A stretch of DNA of 63,377 nucleotides, filler included, from Lenisia limosa (lineage: Eukaryota; Protista; Breviatea), in assembly GCA_001655205.1 (NCBI GenBank). It is 10 parts of 10 records of this genome, joined end to end, with 100 filler letters (N's around TTAATTAATTAA, not from the genome) between each part and the next. Parts side by side here need not be neighbours in the genome. Positions count along the whole stretch, not along the records: positions 1 to 29,499 come from LPNZ01006268.1; 9 more parts are not named here. One strand, written 5' to 3'. The notes beneath the pieces are model-generated. The model saw only the letters and a program-made list of their open reading frames with translations. It ran no database searches and was not told the DNA's origin. Positions 11,801-24,015 of this stretch are shown here, piece by piece (within the stretch, counting starts at the first letter, position 1; each line of letters opens with the position of its first letter). The position numbers and the translations under genes were made by a program.

Positions 11801-14800
11801 GATTGAAAGATGTGCAACACGGAAGATATGATTTCATATAATATCTCTGAAAGTTCACATTTCATTAACTAGATTGGGAGAAATCTAGACATTAGCGCAT
11901 TTGTGTCTGGTCCAGCTTCAACAAACGCTGGGGAGTTATTTTTTGCAGTTGTACAGGTGAGTCATGATGGGAAGGGGGTATTGTCAAAGACTACTGTAAA
12001 CCATAAAAAGAATGATGTAGACAACTATAGAACTTTCTCCCTCTAATGTGTGATATGAGTTTTACTGGACAGATTTATGATTCTTCTAAATTGATATGCC
12101 AGGTGTCAAATAATGGTCCTACTGCCACCACAGATCTTATGTACGAAGTCTTTGCTCCCGAATCCATGATGTCTCTTGACTGGCTCGTTTTACCAGAATC
12201 TGCGTGTGTTCAAGAGGGTGAGATATACCAATTTATTCTTACGGTTCAGCCACGAAGTGGAGCTGCTCTAAGGCTTCGCTTTCTTCATTGGAGAGAATCC
12301 AAACTAGCTTCAAAGCCATCATACCAGCTGACCACGAGGGTTACAAAGATGCAGAATTCCGTGTCTCTGGAATTGATTTTAATGTGGGGACTTTTTGATT
12401 CATATTTGAACTTGTTGTAATATTCTTCATCCAAATGGTTTAGAATGACCACATTGACACCGACTTGAGCAACAACGATTTCGCGTTTATGTTCAACATT
12501 TCAAATGAAAACAATCTCTTTGTTTCATCGTCATCCTTCCCGACACCTCCAAATAAAATTGTGACTGGCAAAGTATGGACCTGTTTCTGTAACTCAAATT
12601 TAGACTTGTGAACTATCTGTTTTGGTAATGAACACCGGTCCTTCTCAAATGCCAACTGCTGGGGCTATATCATTCACACTCACAGCAGAGCAGAGCAATG
12701 TAGTTCAATTCATAAACCTTGAAGATTCATGTACTCTTACTGGTTTAAAAGTTCTTTGTCCATTCCCAAAATTGGCCCCAAACGCTCAAAATACTTTAAG
12801 ACTCAACGTTAAGTACAAATTTGAGGCGCTGGCAAAGGAGGTTGTCCCTTGTTTCTCAATAACATTGTAGTACCTTTATGAGTTTTCATTTGGCGATCTG
12901 ACGACTATTTCATCCCACATTGTTGACAACTCCGCTGATATCTCTGTGGCCACTTCAACTTACCCTGGTGGGTTACTTTAAAACCTTTGGATTGCAAGAC
13001 ACAATTTAATATTAAATACATTATAAGATGAACGACAGATTGAATTTGGTACACCCCATAGATCATGAACACAAACAAATTAATGAGCTAATATCAATAG
13101 AAACGACTGTTTTGCCTTCAGGGTTGTTCCAAGGCTACATCAGAGTTTCCAATAAAGGCCCTGCGCAACAAAACAATGTCGTTATTACGTTAGACTCTAC
13201 ACATGGTACGTGAGATAATAAGTCTTCAATGACAATATTTCTGAATCAATAAATTATGAACAAAACGTTACACGTCAGCGATTGAGCATTTGACATATTT
13301 CCTGTCATTGACCTGACTAGGAACGTTGGAAACAGCCCCAACCGGCACTTCATGCATTGGATTGATATGTACAATCCCAACCTTCATTGCTGGGTAAGGC
13401 ATCTCATCTTTTTTTACTTTTAGCCAAACGTTTATTTTCAAAATATCTGGCAACGCGCCGTCAAGCGATTCCGTAACCATTTCAATTGAAGGCACTGTGG
13501 CACACCAAAGCAACGACCCTAATACTGACAACGACAGCAGTTCGATTGTCTTGAAAACAGCGTCAGGTGCAGATTTGAGAGTTGAGGTTTGTGCTTATTG
13601 AAGTTATATACCAACAGACAAGTCTAATGATACACTTCATCTCTGATGAATTAGGTCAAAGCTGTTGTAGCCGGGGAGGCCACTGACACTGTTTTACACG
13701 GAACCGAGTTCTCAGTTTGGTCATTCGGTTTCTACTTACTCCCAGATGGCTGCTTTGAATGTCAATAATGGGCCAACTGAAACGGCTGCCAAAACTGTTC
13801 TCTTTGTTCCTGAGGTTTGTTCAATTGCTGTCTTATCAAATAGGGAATGTTTTTGGTAACGGCAGTGTCTGGATACCAGGCGTCCAATTGCCCTGCGGAT
13901 TCGAATAGTAGGTCACCTTTAGTTACACACACGCAGTGAAAACTGGATATCTTTAATCCAGTAGGTTTAACCGGCCCTAATTGTCAACTTGAATGGAGTC
14001 ACGCATCACTTAGTGTGGGATGTAGGGTAACAAGTGCAGAGGACTTGATGGGAGTTGTACTTCGCTCCATTCTCTCGATAAATATGTATAAATACATCGA
14101 TATTTCTCCGATCTTTTTTGGACCACGGTGTAACCCTAGACTTGATAATGCCAACTCTATAGGCTCAGCAATTGACGTCAGCATCTGCAGTCCTTCGGCT
14201 GCCGACTGTGTTTACGGAACCTTCATTCATTGTAAGTTGCAAGTGCAATCATGATTATGCAGGTCAAATCGCAATCGATAATTGTTGGAGATAGTGACCC
14301 CGACACATCCAACAATGTGGGGACCCGGGTTATCAACGCTGTTGCTGGTAAGTGATGCAGGCTGTTTTCATAGTCCAAGGAGCCGACCTCCTTCTGTCAA
14401 TAAGCTTCCAAGAAACGGTCAACTCAGGCACCTCTCTTCCAGTCAATGTAATCTGCTCAAATTATGGTCCTTCCACGGCCCTCTCACCCGAAGTGACACT
14501 TCACATTCCTGAAGTGATGACTTATGATGTTGAAAGCGCTTCTGTGGCAGTTTTGGTACTCAATGCTACCACTGTAGTCTTCACGTTGCCACAAATGGAG
14601 CCCTTCGACAAGGTGGTCATTTCTTTCAGCCTGGCAGTTGGTAGTGCAATTCCCACCCAAGAGCGTGAAATCACAGCCTCAATATCGGATGCCACTCTCC
14701 CTGACAACATTTTGAAGAACAACGAAGACTCTCGACCAATTATGTTTCTGGCAACAGCTGAAGTTGACATTTTCCTCAAGCTTCTTAGCACTAAGAGTAG

Positions 14801-17800
14801 CCACCTAAAGAGGGGAGAAACTGGTGTCATGGTGTTGACTGTAAAGAACAAGGGTCCAGCATTAGTGCAACATGCGGTGATAGAGTTATTATTCCCTGAC
14901 ACTAGTGTATCGTTAGGTACTGATTTGTCCGTTGTGGCCACGGAAATTCAGCCTGGAAGTGACGCGTCCTTGCAGGCAGTTGTGACAATACCCACTGACT
15001 TCAACGACAACTACATCATTTTCACAGGACGAATGGGTGCAACTGCAGTCAGCCCCAGGGTCACAGACAAGCAAACCGTCATCATCATTACAGAGAGTGA
15101 TATTACTGCAAGTATTAGAGTTGTTGATGATATGATAATGGGCGAATTAGCGCAATTTGTGATTTCTGGCGGTAACAAAGGCCCATCCACAGCGTTACAG
15201 TTGACAATAGTGATGACCATTCCTTCCGACTTGGTGTTTGAGAAGTCTTCTGGTGAGGCTGCCTGCATCCACAAAGATGGCGTGTTGACCTGTGTTGTTG
15301 CTGCACTTGAGCCGAAAAAGTCATTTGGCCAAATAGTGACAGTGGCAGTTTTGGACGCAGAAGAGCTATCGGTGAGATTGGAGATTGACTTATTTTGGAA
15401 CCATCATTATTGTGATCTACTCATAACATACTATACTCTCAACTTGTGAGGATTTTACCTGCTATTAACCCAATAGGGATCATTGTCATGCACGATCACC
15501 GCTAGCTCCCCGCTGAAGAGCCCCTTTACCGTATTCAGCACGGAATACAATGTCGTTAGGTCTGCTGACACTGCCGTCATTCCATTCTTCTCTGCAATGC
15601 TGGACATTGGTCGAAATGTTCCGTTCAGTCTTAGGGTTCTCAACATTGGGCCTTCTTCAGCTAAGAACCTTCAAGTACTAATTGAGTTTTCTAACGACTT
15701 ACAACTGACATCGGTGTTGGTAGAAGGATGCATTGTTCTTTCCAATACTGTGACTTGCCAATTGGCTGAGTTGCTGCCTCGAGAGACGAAACTACTCAGC
15801 GGTTACATGCTTGTTGCTCCAAGTCAACATGCAGTTACTTCTGACATCAGCAGCACTGTATCCAACAACAGGGACAACAACCCCTCCAATAACCAAGTTA
15901 TTTCTGGTGTTCAGTTTATTGAGACTTCTGGTTAGTCAACTTTGGTCTTATTATGTGTTTAGATATTGGAAGCAGTATATCTGTTCAGCCCAAAGTCCCC
16001 ATAATTGGAGGGGCGGCCGTTTTGACTGTTTGTTTTCTTTCGAGCTTACTTCTTTAGACTGCAGTATCAAACCTCGGCCCTCTCTCGTCAGGTGTAGTGA
16101 CAGCTTTAGTCACACTTCCGGACATTGGAAACCCAACAACGATACCTGATGAATGCACGTTGGAGTCTTCGTTACAATACAAGTTGGTTAATTACCTTGT
16201 CACTTTGTAGCTGTGTCATTGATGACATCACTTCAAATGAAAAAGTACAATTGCGGTAAGATAGATGGTTTCAACATAAACTCAAAGCCCAACTGTTTTC
16301 TCATAAGTCTAGCTTTTGGTACACAGTCAACACAGAATTGTCCGAAAACACCGCAATATCAGCTTCCGTCCTTGTGTCAGGATTGAAAAATGACCCAAAT
16401 ACTGACAACAATATGGACCTTGTCTACACCGAGCTGATTAAGGCCTCAACAGTAACAATGTTCACTTCGCTCTACCCCAGGTGAGATCCAAGTTATGATG
16501 ACAATCAAGAGTGTCTGTTCCAGTTGGAGGGTTCTTGAGAGTATCAAGTCATATCACAAACATCGGCCCTTCGTCGTGTTCATCATTTCGAGTGGAGTTT
16601 GATGAAAGCGCCTCTCTCAGGCAGTCGACAACAGAATGTGAAATGATGGAGTCGCAAGACAAGGCCAGCTGTGACTATCTTGGCTGTAACGTCACTTCGA
16701 TTGACCTTGCTCAAAACAAGGATATTTCGGTTAGTTAGTGACCGTAAATTGATTTCACAGATGGTCTGCGTGCTTTCGGTTTTGTCTGAGGCAGAAGCGG
16801 ATAAGATTGCAGCCAGAACAGCAATGGTAATAGCACTTGGTGACTGACATTGTAGTCATCCATTCATTTTGTCGGTCTTAATGGATGCAATGTTGAGTCG
16901 GACATTACAGTGTCGTTTTCAATTGAAGTGAGTTTGCAATGTTACTCACATTTTAGCTGGACAAAACTGCAGACCTTTCAGTTGGAATGTTGGCTTCGCC
17001 TACTATTTCCGGTAATCGAGTTCTGAAGAACAAAGTGACAGTTTACAACAAGGGCCCTGCAACAGCCAAATCCGTGGGTTGCATTGCCATGACTTAGCCT
17101 TTAGCCGTTTATTCTGCTTCATCCCGTCGACCTTCCTTCAAGCATGTCAAGCTGGACTGGAGCAACGGGGTGCCTTGAATTGCCCTCAGGTGACATTAAG
17201 TGCACACTCTCGGACATAGCGGTGAGTTAAGTGCACCTCTCGGACATAGCGGTAAGTTAAGTGCAGACATAGCGGTAAGTTAAGTGCACCTCTCGGACGG
17301 TGAGTTAAACCCTTCTGTCTCAAAACAGATACATAATATATGTATGCAAAATATTTCTACTGTCATGATATGAATAACAAAACATCTAAACCCCTTTCCT
17401 TATTCTGATGGCTGGACAGGCCAACGCCCGGAGTGACATTCAAGTGGGCAGACTCATGGATAAGCAACTTGGTAGTTTACCTTATGACAGAATCAATTCC
17501 ACTGTCACGGCCATGTCTCTAACTGAGGACCCAAGGTAGGCTGAAGGTCCTCTGGAGATCTCTAACCAAATAGTGGCGATCAAAACTTCGGTGTATCGTC
17601 ATCTCGAATCAGGAGGAGTGCGGATGTGCTGGTCAAGATCCGCGTTGTTCCTTTGGAAATTGCCAAGGACGGCAACTTGAAGGTTTGAACTATGACTTAC
17701 AGCTTATATTAAGACGGTGGTGACGACAACAAATAGCGGACCTGCTGACGCCCGCAACGTGGTTACTGTCATTCATCTTCCCTATTACACTGATATGGCC

Positions 17801-19635
17801 CACTTGTCCTTCTCTTACTCTAATGCCAAGTGTATTGTTGTTCAGGGAACGGTAAGCGCTGTCATAAGTCTAAGCAGCTAGACAAACATTGAGTGCACTT
17901 CAGACACCATTGAAATGCTCCAAACATCCAACGTTGTGATCAAGGTTGGGCGTGTCAATTTGGTGCATTTTTTGATTCGGCTACAGCGAACTGAGATCTT
18001 ATGATGAAGGTTAAGGCAACAGAGGAGCCCGGTGTAAACCTTGGTACATTCGACCTTACTGCCGCCACAATGGCCCTTGAAGATGACTTGAACATGGATA
18101 ACAACGCAGCTGAGGCGTCTGCCGTTATTCTGCCGGCAACTTGCGACCCTAGGGTGATCATTAATTTCAGATGCCGTATATAGACTAGTTTTTTAGTTGT
18201 TTGACTTCTCAGGTCCAATTCAGCGCCTGGCCAGTGCAGAATAAGGCAGGTAACCTCATTACATTCCAAGCTAACGTTGTCAACCCAGGCCCTTCCCCCA
18301 CTGGTTAGCATGGTTCTTGTGAGGATGTGTTGTTGAAGTCTGATGTTCAAGGTCCAATCACGACAGTCTTCTCTATCCCGGCAGAGTTCGTTGTATTGCC
18401 TCCTCCAATTGGCTGTGTTGTCTCTGGGATTTCAGGCATGGGTAGTGAAGTGGCATGTTCCCGAATTGATCTTCCACCCAAGTCTCAAGCTGACCCCTGT
18501 CAGCCCAATGAAGAAGGCTGTTGGACTGTTAACATTGAGGTTCTCTCAAATCTGTCACCATCATCACTCGGGACTCACGTTGCGGCTGTTTCAATTACTT
18601 CTGCCCTTGATTCTGACATGACCAACAACAATGGCTCATTGCTGGTGGAGTCTACGACAGATGCAGCCTTGCAGGTCACTGTTCTCCCCACACTTGGGTT
18701 CTACAGTGGTACGAATACTTCAGCGATCAGTGTAATATCTACATTGTAGCATTTGTTATTCATCGTATTTCTATGATTCACAGTTGTTGAAATTGTTGAC
18801 CATGTTACCCCACTTACCTCTTCAGGCAACTCAGACTCAGGCATAATGGTTGCGAGCAGCGACACTGACATTGCGTTTCAGTTTTCGATTCTCAACCCTG
18901 GCACGTCAGCGGCAACCGACTGCGTGCTAAAAGTGGACAGCCTCTTGCCTGAGGTAAGCCACACTCTGCTGCCTCAGGTTCTAGGGTACCTCGTATGGAG
19001 CGTTCAGCGTCAAGGCGGACATGAAGACCGCCTTCGGAAGGGAGGCCATCCATGGTCACGATGCCAAGTGCACAGTGCAAGACCTCACGCTAACCTGTGA
19101 CCTTGGCACTGTCTGGGAACAGAGTGCTGTCGCCTTTGTTCCCTCCACCGTCACGGTCACATTCTACCAAATTCAGCGGAATGACACAGTCGACTTCGAG
19201 AGCACTGTTGGTGTTAGCTCAGGGTGGCCTGAAGCTGCGGCCAACTCAACCACGAAGTTCCGGTTGGTGGCATAGTATGTCACATTGAGTGTGATGAATT
19301 TCTGTTTTGTTTTTGACAAACACAGGGTAATTGGAAAGACTGTGAGTTTGAGGAAACAAGAGATTATTGAAGAGGAAGCGGACAACACTCTCAATAGGAA
19401 TATTTCAATTGGTGGGTGTCTGTAGGTATTGACCGCTCAGCTGGTGGCTTGCTTGGACTGGCGCTGGTGGCCTTCCTTATCAAGCGGGGATTCTTCAAAA
19501 GCAAGAATCACCCTGATAACTACGATGAAGGCGAGGGTAAGCAAGCGTAACTATTCTGACCGTCAGGACTTGGGGAATTGGGCTCTCCCACCGAGCCTGA
19601 TGACGACCTTGGCTCCCCCACTCCTAACCTCACTG
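5837..19635 (+). CDS. Giant integrin-alpha-like type I membrane protein (signal peptide, N-terminal domain, FG-GAP beta-propeller, ~18 DUF11/Ig-like stalk repeats, TM, GFFK tail); last exon unresolved
   Basis: Signal peptide MKLWVLLSLLAFSVSVFG. FG-GAP/Ca-loop segments DDYDGDGVDELFV (~7328), DCTGNGKKDLLVSSP (~7639), RFGWAMTSFDVNGDGLSDL (8948-9005), FG..DMNNDGVEDIIISAP (~9295), FGLKLATGDYNNDG (~9544). Seventeen NxGP motifs plus one NPGT variant between 9847 and 18900. TM AGGLLGLALVAFLI followed by KRGFFKS at 19482-19502. Dozens of short GT-AG introns. Confidence 0.88.
17196..17308 (+). repeat. Four degenerate ~23-31-bp tandem copies of an exon-end plus 5' splice site inside the integrin gene
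   Basis: ttaagtgcac(a)ctctcggacatagcg-gt(g/a)ag repeated four times with internal deletions. Confidence 0.92.
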
Positions 19636-19786
19636 GTGAGACTTTCTTTTAGAGCCTTTCCGCTAGGTTACGATTCATGCTTACCGTTTTGTACTATTAT
19701 ATTTAATGTATTTGTTATCTTGTTCCCAGCCAATTGTACAAATACACCTGAATCCACCAACCTAAGAATAAAAATACAGAGTGGGT

Positions 19787-22700
19787 TTAGAGTCTCTTCC
19801 TCGCCAGTTCAGCGGTGTACTTGTCAGGAACACCATCCTGTAGTAACTCCTTGATCTTATCTTGGCGGAATCGCTAAATAGTAAGAAACATTAAAAGAAG
19901 ACAGAACGATATTATATCATATAATATTTTATTCTGGGATAGACTCACGAGCATTTCATTGTCGAAGCCCCCCCAAACCTCCACCTTCTCAGCGTGGATT
20001 TTCTGGTCGCGATCGAAGGATGTTGGTTGCTTTGCTAATGCACGCTCTTGACGAAGTTGTTGTTCACGTTCGTGGATTTGGTTCTTAAGGGGTAAGTAGA
20101 AAACAGGAAGGGACCAAGAAAACGTTAAAGCTTGAAAACCCTCCAACCTCTAATATTTGTTTATGGGACCTATTTCTATCAACAGTCATAGCCTGTGTTC
20201 TCTTTTCGGCTTCAATCTGCTTCTCCTAAAAAGTGAGCTCCTGAAAAGGCAACAGCACCGCCTTGTTCATACAGGGTATTGTAAAGGAAGTAAAGAATTG
20301 ACAAAGGCTCGTATTTCCATTTTGAAGGAAGCCCCCTGGCAAACCTGTGCGGCAACAACACGGTCGAACTCGTCACGCTCCATACGGGCTTGGGCTGCAA
20401 GACGAAGTTCTGCGGAGGTAAATCGCAGAACAAAGCGTGTAGTTTCCTTGGCCCAAAACAGTCCAGGAGCATTTGTTTTTATGGGCTCATGATGTTAAAA
20501 ATCCAAAAATTGCTCCCTCTTGGTATTGTCATAGCATAGGAACTATTAGGAAGAGAGCCAGCCATACCTTTGTCTCTCTTTTGGGCAGCGTTCGCCTCCA
20601 TCAAGTCAGCCTAGATGGTCGTGAATATTGGATGGTGTGGTCAAAAATTCAATTCCAGTACAATAACTATATTTTTTGAGGATTTAATGTAACATTTGAA
20701 CTTGTCGAGAGCTTAATATACAGCCAATATTGGGTAGCAACAGTTCTGACAAAAAAGGTCTGCAAAGCAACCAAACAATACCTGCCTTTTGACCTGTTTC
20801 TCAGCTTCAGCCTTCTCCTTGGCTCTGAAGTCCCGTTCTCTCTGGTCGGCCGCGCGGCGAGCTCTCAACGCGTCCCGGTCTGCCTCATGGTCACTTGTAG
20901 ACTTCTTCATCGTCATCACCTATGGTATGAAATGCGAACCAGTATAATTATAAAAAACTGGACTGAATCTTCCACAAAACGAAGTTCTCAATGAAAAGAT
21001 GAAACCTATTGTGTTGGCCACATTTTCCAAAAAATATCGTGAGCTGCATAACCAAAGGCAAGGACGAAAATTCTATGAGTGCTTTGTACCTGTTGAACAT
21101 CGTTCGCCTTTCTCTTCTTGATCATTGCTTGTTCCTCTTCATAAGCTTGTTGCCGGGATTCGCGTTCTTGGAGGTAGCGAGCAACACGACTATTCAGTAA
21201 TAAACAAAACGAGAGCATCCCAAAAAAAAGCAGAAAATAGTCATTTGAGCCACGTACAGGTCTTCCTCCTTCTCCTGCTGCTTGCGGTTCGATTTGATTT
21301 GAATTAACCGGTCGTTTTCACCCATAACTTCGTCCATCAGCGACCTAGCTGGGTGAAGAAAACATTGGGACGAGGGCAACAAACTATGAAAGAAAAATAA
21401 ATAACAGAAGAAATAAATATGGATAGAATACTTTGATATCACATGATATAGAGACAAGAACATCAAGGAACTTCCGACACGAGCTTTTACAGCGCCATAA
21501 TGATTTCTGCAATCACAGTACCTTTGCTTAGTTTTGCGCAGAGCAGCCTTTCTCTCCTCTTCATCCTTCAACAGCTGAACGGATCAGTAAATGTGCTCTG
21601 GAGACACCACCAACCTGGACGTCTCTGAGCATGGCTGCTTGCTCCTGCTCGCGCATTTCGCGTTCAACCTCACGTGCTTGGTCTGGAGTAGTGAGGACAT
21701 TGTTGGGTGAAACAATTAAGTCCATCGATCAAAAAGCATATAGCCACCCACCTCTTTCCTTGATCTGCGTCCTGATAGCGGCAGCTCCTGCCTTGAGAGT
21801 CAAGACATGCTCCTCATCCTTCTTGCGCTGGCTGGAAAGGTCAGAAATACTCAAACAGAAGGGACGTTACATTTCTGTTTCTCTCTTCTGTTTGGACAAC
21901 ATCATATCATGGGTTCGCGACTCATCCTCCTTCAGACGACGCTGGATTTCTTTCTGAAAGAAATGTGAGGGGAAGTGAAAGGGGAACCAGTGTTGAAAAA
22001 AAACTTTGATTTGTTAATTATCCTGTAAAATATCAAGAGTTACATCAACCAACCTTCTCCTTGATTTGCTTTTCGCGGATTGCGGCGCATTTGGCGTAAC
22101 TTGCCATGCTGGCTACTCTCTTGGCTTCGTCTACAGCATTAGCTTGCAAGCCTTGACAGGTACCGTTGAATATATTACAACGGGGCTGAATATCTCCATG
22201 AATTCATTAATAATAATCCTGCTATTGTACTTGTCCTGTTCACGTTACATTCCGTCCTGGGCAAAAGCCCCTCACCGGTTTCAAGAAGAAGTAGACCGTC
22301 CGCCTTCTGTTGGATGGATTTGTTACTGTGTTCGCGCTCAATTTCCTCTGAACTGTCAATTGCCGATCTAACCAGAGAGTACCAGATCCCTTCCAATCAC
22401 CCCCCCCCCCCCCCCCNNNNNNNNNNNNNNNNNNNNNNNNNNNNNNNNNNNNNNNNNNNNNNNNNNNNNNNNNNNNNNNNNNNNNNNNTTTCGGATGGCT
22501 ACGATGGTAAGTCCGGCAAATGTTAGGGTGAATTTAAGCTATCAGGATATTCACGATAACCCATGGATGTTTAAGTAAGCTTGTCCATGGAGAATGATTG
22601 GGGTTTCTTTCAGCACGAGAAGCAAACACCAACAACTGAAATTTCATTCTGTCCGGACTTGGATTCCCTTCAACAGCGTTTTATTGTGTGGTTGCAGACC

Positions 22701-23520
22701 CCCTCCCCTGCAAGAATACTCCCGAGATTTGAGGGTGGTTGGTAGGAAAGGAATGCATAACCCCCACCGGCAGTAGACTGCAGCTGGTCCTTTCGGGATG
22801 TTTCCGACATTTTCATGCGGGCTTCTCTTGAGTTGCTTGCCGGCATGCTCATGTCCTGAAGATGAGAACAACAGCCGCCGGACCAACCTTGATCTTAGCA
22901 AATTCGTTCCTTGACAGCACCACAGCATCTTTGCCTGCCTTGGCCTGAGCTTTCTGCAGGGTTGAACGAGACACGGCCGGCGCTTTGCCTGCCGAGTAAA
23001 AAAAAACCTTGCATAATTCTGAAATAAATGGGTTTCAAACGCATTTTCTTCTTTCGTTTAAGTATATCAAGGGAAGAAAGTATTAAGTTGCACTATAACG
23101 AATTTGGGCGATAGGGCTGGGGAGGACGCCTACGGGATGTTCCTGGCTTGACTGTTCCTGAAAAAAGGCTTTCATCAACTTCTGAGGAACGGCCTCTGCG
23201 GGAGAGTGAGTCAGGCCCGCAAACAAACAATTGTCTCAAAACCCAAGCCTCCATTCGCGTGTAGAACCTACTTGTAGTTTGATCTTTGTGAACGAACACT
23301 TCTTTCACTGTTTATGGAGCCTGCAACTGAGGATGCCTAGAGAGTGTGAACATAAAACCATATAGTGCAGTAACTACACATAATAAATAGTTAATATTGC
23401 TCAATTCAATAAACTAATTCAGACAAAGGCGCGTATCTCCGTTTATACAAGAGTTCCACTGAAACTGAGAAGCGTGAAATCCAATGCTTCGTCCAATATG
23501 ATATTAGCCATCAATACCAT
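19787..23520 (-). CDS. CFAP45: Cilia- and flagella-associated protein 45 (CCDC19), multi-exon
   Basis: N-terminal RSSEVDESLFSG, VVLSRNEFAKIK, DHEADRDALRARRAADQRERDFRAKEK, MERDEFDRVVAAQ and C-terminal KIKELLQDGVPDKYTAELARKRL* match CFAP45 motifs. Stop TAA 19787-19789; ATG inferred at 23520 followed directly by an intron. Confidence 0.88.
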
Positions 23521-24015
23521 GGTGAAAGCTGAAGCGTGGTTCAAAGCAAACGATTCACAAAATTAAAGGTGGGCTTAAAGTACTCTGTTGAATGTAGACT
23601 GTGCTAATTCACCGTATATTATTATATAGCTACAATATAAAGAGTTCTTTTCTTTGTAAACCTTTTGAAAATCAATTGAAAATTTTTGGGGGTTTTGAGC
23701 AGAGTACTAAAGCTATCTTAATATTTATATAAGTATACTAATATAATGAATAAGTTATTTAATTACGTAGAATAAAGCTGAAAAATTAAATAAAATTCAG
23801 TCTATATAAGTATATAATATTTATAACTCGCCAGCATTTTTTTTCGCCCTTTTTTGCCTTCATATTTCATCGCTAACCTTATATACCTTTGCTTTTTTAA
23901 AGAGAGTTTTTTGACTCTGTATGTAGGTTAGGTAGATTTACTTAAAGATTGACATTGCACTTGTTCACTTCTACTTCTCTTTCCCAAGCACTGTATATCG
24001 TGGTAACGATTCAAA

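Noticed and set aside
5837-19635. Integrin-like gene as bacterial contamination
   Set aside because: It has dozens of spliceosomal introns, contains host repeat D, and lies between eukaryotic genes on a continuous scaffold.
23600-23900. Very AT-rich stretch between CFAP45 and MAK16
   Set aside because: Consistent with an ordinary divergent promoter; no specific structure found.
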